Origin: Phycisphaerales bacterium
GTDB lineage: Bacteria > Planctomycetota > Phycisphaerae > WQYP01
Assembly (NCBI GenBank): GCA_027451365.1
Contig: DAIDJN010000053.1
Span: 1-64,000, forward strand
Reading direction: 5' to 3'
Length of the DNA: 64,000 nucleotides
Shown: piece after piece, positions 57,951-64,000 of the stretch
Numbering within the stretch: position 1 is the first letter of the stretch
Layout: the number at the start of each line of letters is the position of its first letter
Notes under the pieces: model-generated
Database searches by the model: none
Told to the model about the DNA's origin: nothing
What the model saw: only the letters and a program-made list of their open reading frames with translations
Position numbers and translations under genes: made by a program

Positions 57951-58313
57951 TCACGGTATCTGACATTGCCAGATTACCATAACGGCCCAGCCGATTTCCG
58001 CCATTTGACCCTGAACGAGAATATCTCGTCTGGCGGTTTTCCCAAATTTCTCCTCCCAAAATCGCGCCTTCGTCTTTGGCGTATAGGCGAATTTGCAGCC
58101 CTTATGCCGATGCCAGAAACATCCGTGAACAAAAATCACCGTTCGGTATTTGGGCAACACGATATCGGGCTTGCCCGGTAAATCCTTGCGATGCAGCCGA
58201 AAGCGGAACCCGTTTTTATGAAGCAGTGAACGGACTGCCAGTTCCGGCTTCGTGTCGCGGCTCCGAATCCGTGACATATTCCAACTGCGGTGTTCTTTCG
58301 ATATTCTATCCAT
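57951..58313 (-). CDS. vsr: Very-short-patch repair endonuclease
   Basis: RSWNMSRIRSRDTKPEL, LPGKPDIV, FVHGCFWHRH; overlaps the methyltransferase stop. Confidence 0.92.
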   Translation of the reverse strand: MDRISKEHRSWNMSRIRSRDTKPELAVRSLLHKNGFRFRLHRKDLPGKPDIVLPKYRTVIFVHGCFWHRHKGCKFAYTPKTKARFWEEKFGKTARRDILVQGQMAEIGWAVMVIWQCQIP

Positions 58314-59916
58314 CCGCGAAAGCCTCGGTCTTTTTGAGCAAATCATACACAACTTCAGCGATTTGGCGAGCCAGCAGGGGCGGTACGGCGTTTCCGACCT
58401 GGGTGTACTGCGATGTCCGCCCGCCGCAGAAGAAATAATTATCCGGAAAGGTTTGGAGCCGGGCGGCCTCACGCACGGTAAGGCTGCGACACTGGGCGGG
58501 ATCGTAATGAATGTAATAATGCCCGTCTTTCGAAATATGGCTGGTGATTGTGGTTGAAGGACGATCGGGCAGTTGCACGCGAAACCGGTCCGCGAAATGG
58601 CCCGTGTCAAGCGCCTCGGCAACGTTCTGGTGATCGGGCAACAGGCCTTTCGGAAAATCGGAAAGCGAGGGCGGGCGTTTATTCACCCGAGCGAAACAGG
58701 CGGCAAACAGGTATCGGTGCAGATCGCTCGGCATGTGCGCCCGCGTGCTGTGGTTGCACGCTCCTTTGATACGTGGGTCGATGAACCATTCAGTCTGATA
58801 TTTAGTTTTCGGGTCGCTCGAAACGTGTTCTTTGCCCCGACCATTTGCAGGCACGTTTAATTTGTCTAACACCTGATGAATCATAGCGAAAACTGCTCCG
58901 TTTTCGCGGTCCTGCTTTCCAATTTCAAGCCATTGCCTTTCGAGCAGGCTTCGCAAAACATTTTTCCATTCAACCGGGCCGTCCGGCTCGCCGGAAAGGC
59001 CACTGCGGAGACGCGGTAGCCCGCTTAGCGCCATCCTTACGGTTGCAGGCTTTTCGGAAAGCTTAAGATGGTCGGGCACGGCGTCGATATCCTCCCTGAC
59101 TCCGACCAAAATCAAGCGGTGCCTGGCTTGGGGTATTCCGTGCCGCTCTGATCGGATGAGGAAATCGGACGGATTTGTTACCCCCGATAAAAGTTGCTGC
59201 CGGTTGGGGGCGAGGCTGTGGAGTTTGTATTTGAGGCGGGTACTGCCATTTGACCGTCGCCCCTCCAACACTATTGCACCGTGCGGCGATTGAAGGTCGG
59301 AGATAATTCGTTCAAATATCCGCTCGTTTTTCAGCTTGGCTGAAAGGAGCCCCTTGACGTTTTCCATGACAAATACCGCAGGGGCGTGGTCGGCGATCAC
59401 CTGAAGATATTCGACGTACAGCTTCTGGCGGATGTCGGTGGAGGGGTCGTAATCTTCCTCACCGGCGTTTCTTGACCTGCCCACAAGTGAATAGGCTTGG
59501 CAGGGTGGGCCGCCTATCAGCACCCAGTCCTTCCTGCCCGCCAAGGCAGTTCTGATGCGGCTTCGGACCACCGCCGCCGTCTTTGGCCCAAGCTCACAAT
59601 TCCAAGCTTCGCTGGCGGAGGCTGCATACTCGAGGGGGTGCTTTTCCTTCAGTTCCGACGGCAGTTTATTACCGCGCAGAAACTCGTAATATTCCTCCGG
59701 GGCCTTTCCGGGTGAGAACTGGCGGAAGAAGGCCCGGAGTCGCAGCGTTTGGTGGGCGATGGGGTCTTTCTCTATCGACAGGTGAATCTTGAAGGGGCGG
59801 GTACAGCCTGGCGCCACAAGGGCGGAAAAGCCCTCGCCCAGGCCGCCAGGCCCGGCGAACAGGTCGATTACCGGGATTGCGGCCACTGTGGAATCATTTT
59901 CGGTCGATTTTGTCAT
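58306..59916 (-). CDS. dcm: DNA (cytosine-5)-methyltransferase (MzaE-like)
   Basis: DLFAGPGG, GGPPCQ, MENVKG, PQARHR, REAARLQTFPD, QVGNAVPP. Confidence 0.95.
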   Translation of the reverse strand: MTKSTENDSTVAAIPVIDLFAGPGGLGEGFSALVAPGCTRPFKIHLSIEKDPIAHQTLRLRAFFRQFSPGKAPEEYYEFLRGNKLPSELKEKHPLEYAASASEAWNCELGPKTAAVVRSRIRTALAGRKDWVLIGGPPCQAYSLVGRSRNAGEEDYDPSTDIRQKLYVEYLQVIADHAPAVFVMENVKGLLSAKLKNERIFERIISDLQSPHGAIVLEGRRSNGSTRLKYKLHSLAPNRQQLLSGVTNPSDFLIRSERHGIPQARHRLILVGVREDIDAVPDHLKLSEKPATVRMALSGLPRLRSGLSGEPDGPVEWKNVLRSLLERQWLEIGKQDRENGAVFAMIHQVLDKLNVPANGRGKEHVSSDPKTKYQTEWFIDPRIKGACNHSTRAHMPSDLHRYLFAACFARVNKRPPSLSDFPKGLLPDHQNVAEALDTGHFADRFRVQLPDRPSTTITSHISKDGHYYIHYDPAQCRSLTVREAARLQTFPDNYFFCGGRTSQYTQVGNAVPPLLARQIAEVVYDLLKKTEAFADG

Positions 59917-60029
59917 TAAGAGCGTTCTCGCGTCCGGGATTTTTTTCAAATGGAATTTATACTCTGCCACCCCCTGCATGGCCAATAGCCCGGCACGGGC
60001 GGTCCTGCCAAGGAGGGGGACCAAGGTCC

Positions 60030-60058
60030 TTGCAAAGTCCACTGTTAGTGGATATAAT
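60030..60058 (+). promoter_or_regulatory. Near-consensus sigma-70 promoter with operator-like inverted repeat in the spacer
   Basis: TTGCAA(60030)-17 bp-TATAAT(60053); spacer contains TCCACT-gtt-AGTGGA; ATG at 60065. Confidence 0.8.
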
Positions 60059-60064
60059 TCTATC

Positions 60065-60367
60065 ATGGTTACTTCAGAAGAAATTGCTGACCAAGCGAAA
60101 CGCGAAATACTGGACGACATTGCGGCGGGCCTGGTGCCGGCCAGCGTCACGGATTTCTCCGAACTCCACCAGCACGTTGACGCAAACTGCTACGGCGGTG
60201 CCGAGGCATTGTTCGACGCAGCGCATGACGCTGTTCCGGATACCGAGGAAGGCCACACCGCGGCATGGAATTCTTTTTGCACGCTGGTTAATCCAGCATT
60301 TGACGCGGTGGATGCGTGGATAAAATCCGGCGGCATCGCAGCAGGTATGGCGAGTCGGGCGAAATGA
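60065..60367 (+). CDS. Small acidic hypothetical protein (100 aa)
   Basis: Starts 7 nt after TATAAT; ATGA overlap with the next gene. Confidence 0.7.
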   Translation: MVTSEEIADQAKREILDDIAAGLVPASVTDFSELHQHVDANCYGGAEALFDAAHDAVPDTEEGHTAAWNSFCTLVNPAFDAVDAWIKSGGIAAGMASRAK

Positions 60368-60606
60368 CGAGGGCCAATATCCGCCAGGCAATCATCCACG
60401 AAATGGAGCGCAGAGGAATCAGTGCCAACGTGTTGGCCAAGCTCGTTGCAGGGAAGGTCCATCGCAGCCATGTGTATGACTTCATCGGCGGACGCAAAGA
60501 ACTCACGACGGAAAAAGCGAACCACCTGCTTGGCGCGCTGGGCCTGCGGATCGTGGCCGACCGGCGACAGGAAAACACAGATCGTTCGGACAACATCCAG
60601 TCCTGA
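60364..60606 (+). CDS. Cro/XRE-like HTH protein
   Basis: IRQAIIHEMERRGISANVLAK..VHRSHVYDFIGGRKELTTEKANHLLGALGLRI. Confidence 0.8.
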   Translation: MTRANIRQAIIHEMERRGISANVLAKLVAGKVHRSHVYDFIGGRKELTTEKANHLLGALGLRIVADRRQENTDRSDNIQS

Positions 60607-60641
60607 TTGTTGGTCAATTATCCCTTAACGGAGGCATTAAC

Positions 60642-61028
60642 ATGTCGGTTTCAACCAAGCTTTCAGGGCAAAGTTTGCTGGATTATATTGCCGAGAATAA
60701 GGCGGCGATCGTTGATGAGTCAGCGCAGAACTTAATCCAATGGGAACTGAAGCAACATATGGGGGAGCAAGTCAGCCCAGGCTCCAAGCTGCTTGGTTTT
60801 AATCTCTGCTGGGATAATCGCTGGCAATGCGTCGGCGTCGATGAAATTCAGGTGATCAATACCCACGACGATTTCGCGCAATCCCCGGAACAGTCATACT
60901 GGGTGGAAGAAGATGGAACCCTGACTGACGGAGCGACGGCCATTGCCGAACTCCATGCGGCGATTGCCGACTGCCTGGACGAATTTACCGAATCCTTGCG
61001 CGACGAAATAAGCACCTCGCCCCAATAA
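60642..61028 (+). CDS. Small acidic hypothetical protein (128 aa)
   Basis: GGAGG RBS 8 nt upstream of ATG. Confidence 0.7.
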   Translation: MSVSTKLSGQSLLDYIAENKAAIVDESAQNLIQWELKQHMGEQVSPGSKLLGFNLCWDNRWQCVGVDEIQVINTHDDFAQSPEQSYWVEEDGTLTDGATAIAELHAAIADCLDEFTESLRDEISTSPQ

Positions 61029-61443
61029 GAGTTCCAGGCCTGATCAATTGCCCGACGTCCAGCCTGCGGCCAAGCGCCGCTTTCCCCCACACAACCCAAA
61101 GCATTCCCCAAGGCCTCAAACAAAATGGATTCTTCGCGGACAGGCGAACCTCAGGCACACACGCAGTTTTTCCATTTCCGGCTGAACCGGTACAATCGTT
61201 TTCAAGTGCCAACCGGGGGCACATTGATTTACTGGGAAAAACTAGTTATTTATATGTCGCGGCCATACAATGTGGGGAAGCGCGGTACAGGAATCAGATA
61301 ATGTGCGGTGAATATTATGCCAACGACATCAACCAGACGATAAAATCGAAACGTCCGCATTGGACAAAAGCCACTCCGAAGAATGGCAAATCTAAAGAAC
61401 CGGATCGCATTACAGGACACGTCCGACAAGCAAAGGAATTGAC

Positions 61444-62457
61444 ATGGCACAATCAGGAAGCGTTCGTTTCGGCCATTATGCTCCCATATGGCTGGCCGGT
61501 CTGTTGTTGTGTGCAACAGTCGGCATTGCCAGCGCTTCAGGCATAATACGACCGGAAGCCCGCTGGCTGGATAACCGGGGACGTCTTATTCAGGCACATG
61601 GCGGGTGCATTTTAAAACGGGGCCGATGGTACTATCTGTTTGGTGAAGATCGGTCGCGACGGAACAACCCGAAGGAACGGTACGTGGGGTGTTACCGGTC
61701 AACCGATCTGGTGCATTGGCAGTTCAGGAACAAAGTGGTTCAATTGCGAAAGCCGCCGGGGCTGCATGGCGACTGGATTCTGGAACGGCCCAAAGTGTTT
61801 TACAATCGGGCCACCCGGAAGTTTGTCATGTATGCCCATATTGACGCGAATCAGTACCGTTTAGCAGAAGTTGCGGTATTCATATGCAATACGGTGGATG
61901 GCAACTATCGCTATATCCGGCGGTTCCAGCCGCTGGGGCATCAAAGTCGTGATATTGGCCAGTATACAGGACGCAATGGGCGGGCGTATCTGTTATTTGA
62001 GGACCGGCCATTCGGCTTTCGGATTGCGGAATTATCCAGAAATTATCTGGCGGTAAAAAAACAGATATGCCTGATTCACATGCACTTGGAGGGGCTTGGT
62101 CTGGTGCATTATCACGGTCTGTATTATGTCATTGGTTCGCATCTGACCGGTTGGAGAGCCAACCCGGATGTGTATGCGACGGCAAAATCCCTGGCCGGGC
62201 CATGGTCCAAATTTCACAATATAGCGCCACCGAAAACCAATACATATCGGTCGCAATCCGGATTTTTACTGAAAATAAAGGGGACCCAAGCCACCACGGT
62301 GATTTATATGGGAGACATCTGGCATCCTAGAAACCTGTGGAACTCGCGCTACTTGTGGATGCCCTTGCACATCCACCACGGCCGACTGAGCCTGCCCCCA
62401 CCGGCCAACTGGAAAATCAACCTTCATACCGGCCAAGCCACCCTTCAACGGCCATAG
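61444..62457 (+). CDS. Secreted GH43 (exo-beta-1,3-galactanase-like subfamily)
   Basis: IQAHGG, YYLFGE, CYRSTDL, ERPKV, SRDIG, SHLTGW, SQS, YMGDIW..YLWMPL. Confidence 0.88.
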   Translation: MAQSGSVRFGHYAPIWLAGLLLCATVGIASASGIIRPEARWLDNRGRLIQAHGGCILKRGRWYYLFGEDRSRRNNPKERYVGCYRSTDLVHWQFRNKVVQLRKPPGLHGDWILERPKVFYNRATRKFVMYAHIDANQYRLAEVAVFICNTVDGNYRYIRRFQPLGHQSRDIGQYTGRNGRAYLLFEDRPFGFRIAELSRNYLAVKKQICLIHMHLEGLGLVHYHGLYYVIGSHLTGWRANPDVYATAKSLAGPWSKFHNIAPPKTNTYRSQSGFLLKIKGTQATTVIYMGDIWHPRNLWNSRYLWMPLHIHHGRLSLPPPANWKINLHTGQATLQRP

Positions 62458-62649
62458 CGCTGCTGGAACGATATCTGTCTTGTATTTCAATGTTCAGTGA
62501 TCCGCCGTTGGCCGACGGTCCGCACCAGACCGACTGTCGCAAATTGATACAATTTAAACGCAAATGGATATAGATTTTCTGGCGGCTACGTGCATAATGG
62601 CGTAACAGTGGTTTTTAACGGCTTTGGATGTTAAAGGCGGAATCGATAA

Positions 62650-64000
62650 ATGGTAAGCACAGGCAAATCAACCGGATATTCCGGAATTCTTGCAGGCATC
62701 ACAACGGGACTTGTCACGGTGTTGATCGCTGCACTTGGCCAAACTCCAGCGGTATTGGCCGCTTCGGCAGAAAAACATATAGCGGACCAGATCATTTTTG
62801 GAAACGCGGCCTCGGACCGGGCGCATCATCTGGTTCTGCATCATGCGAAATTCATTGTGGGTGGATTGCATCAGACCGCATTGCGGCTGCAACCGCTTTC
62901 CCCGCCACAGGATGACGGCGGCTACGCCACACTGACGATGCGCGTCGATCCAAACCGGCGCAATTATGTGACATGCCAGTTCTGGGGATCGGATTACGGC
63001 CTTGAACGCGGACGGCTGATTCTTTCGTGCAATGGCAAGCAAGTGGGCTATCAGGTGCAGGGAGATTACAACACGCTTAACGGCGCGGAAAATGCGCCGC
63101 CGGTGGCACCATTCCGCAGACGTTTTTATTTTGTGACCACGCCCCTGCCGCTGCGCATGACCCGCCATAAAGCCGTGGTGAACCTGAAAATTCAGGCAAT
63201 TGGACGGGAATGGCCCTATGGCGGAAATTGGAAGCAATATCAGCATATTATGCCCAAAGCCAGCTTGGGAATGTATCGGCTGTTTATTGGCACGGACGGA
63301 TTTTTCACGCCGCCGAACAATGATCCGCAGGGCAGGCCTCTGGCTCCGGCCCCGGTGAGAAAAAGTCCAGGACCGGCGGCACTGACCCGATTGAAACAGG
63401 CGGTTAACCGATATGTGGCGGGAATACTGCGAAACAAACGCTTACCCGATGGCATGAATCATCTGGATGTTCTGGCGAAGGCCTACAACACCTCTTGGAG
63501 TATTGCGTGGCATAAAACTGCGGTTGTTCAGCGGCTGATTAAAGACCTTGACCTGCACGCGATTGCAGCAGTCAGGCATGCCGGCCATGGAAACCGCTGG
63601 CAATCATTCAGTAATGCCGGCTGGTCCACCTTCGGGCCGGGTGCCGATGCGATCAGACGCGATATTTCGGAATTTCGTCCATTTCTGAAAAAGCGGGTCG
63701 TGGTGAATGGCCGGTCTGAAACCCGTGCCAAGTTGTGGGGAACCGTACTGAAAGCCGGGCGGGATTATCTGGAATATCATCAACGGCTGTATTCCAACCA
63801 GTGCATGATTGTGGAATATAATTTATATGTCTGCAACAGGGCCTTGGAACAAGTTGAGCCATCAATGGCATGGCCGGAAAAAAAGGCGCTGCATTTCCTG
63901 AAAATTGGCGTCGGGCTGGCTCCGTACCTTGGAAGCAAGACCGCCCATGGATGGCAGCGGCCCGTGGGCAATCATTACTATGTTGTGACACGCGCCGGCC
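62650..64000 (+). CDS. Large secreted hypothetical protein, truncated by window end (absent from ORF track)
   Basis: Manual translation is open from ATG 62650 to the end: MVSTGKSTGYSGILAGITTGLVTVLIAALGQTPAVLA...MRVDPNRRNYVTCQFWGSD...RFYFVTTPLP... Confidence 0.8.
   Translation, partial: MVSTGKSTGYSGILAGITTGLVTVLIAALGQTPAVLAASAEKHIADQIIFGNAASDRAHHLVLHHAKFIVGGLHQTALRLQPLSPPQDDGGYATLTMRVDPNRRNYVTCQFWGSDYGLERGRLILSCNGKQVGYQVQGDYNTLNGAENAPPVAPFRRRFYFVTTPLPLRMTRHKAVVNLKIQAIGREWPYGGNWKQYQHIMPKASLGMYRLFIGTDGFFTPPNNDPQGRPLAPAPVRKSPGPAALTRLKQAVNRYVAGILRNKRLPDGMNHLDVLAKAYNTSWSIAWHKTAVVQRLIKDLDLHAIAAVRHAGHGNRWQSFSNAGWSTFGPGADAIRRDISEFRPFLKKRVVVNGRSETRAKLWGTVLKAGRDYLEYHQRLYSNQCMIVEYNLYVCNRALEQVEPSMAWPEKKALHFLKIGVGLAPYLGSKTAHGWQRPVGNHYYVVTRAG

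Larger units (their letters stand above)
50357..61028. mobile_element. Probable horizontally acquired defence island (no integrase seen)
   Basis: A defence operon plus phage/plasmid-like small genes interrupt a run of + strand CAZyme genes; boundaries approximate. Confidence 0.55.

Noticed and set aside
50211..61158. 9-bp direct repeat CTCAGGCAC (50211 and 61150) as island att/target duplication
   Set aside because: Short enough to be chance; no integrase, transposase or tRNA nearby; needs an empty-site genome
1..64000. tRNA, rRNA, tmRNA, integrase or transposase genes
   Set aside because: None recognised by eye; tRNAscan-SE and Rfam would be needed to exclude them

Overview
GC-rich bacterial chromosomal window. 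Gene content suggests Planctomycetota, probably Phycisphaerae-like (inference): mraZ-rsmH without ftsL/ftsI, an insertion-rich LepB, a long multi-HTH sigma-70, and many secreted CAZymes. 1-5.3 kb is an Rhs orphan toxin/immunity array. 5.8-50 kb is mostly housekeeping and metabolic genes: iscS, an XylR-type regulator, an HtrA pair, panD, cysC-PHP-cysH, mqnE, an ABC-ATPase/TOPRIM-like pair, a sugar isomerase, photolyase, mraZ-rsmH-LysM, argJ, lpdA, lepB, folK, panC and glycoside hydrolases. 50.3-61 kb is a defence island (dcm-vsr-MutL/GHKL-Z1-DUF4420-AIPR, matching the known Mza system) with a divergent three-gene HTH operon. Secreted proteins follow to the window end. The most striking unexplained structure is non-coding: about 400 nt from the mraZ 3' end to just before rsmH (33273-33690). 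It folds by eye into nine hairpins, each showing GGA in the loop (eight in ANGGA context), and ends in a terminator-like stem. This is the architecture of CsrB/RsmZ-type CsrA-sponge RNAs, here embedded in the remnant cell-division operon. All calls come from motif reading; no searches were run.
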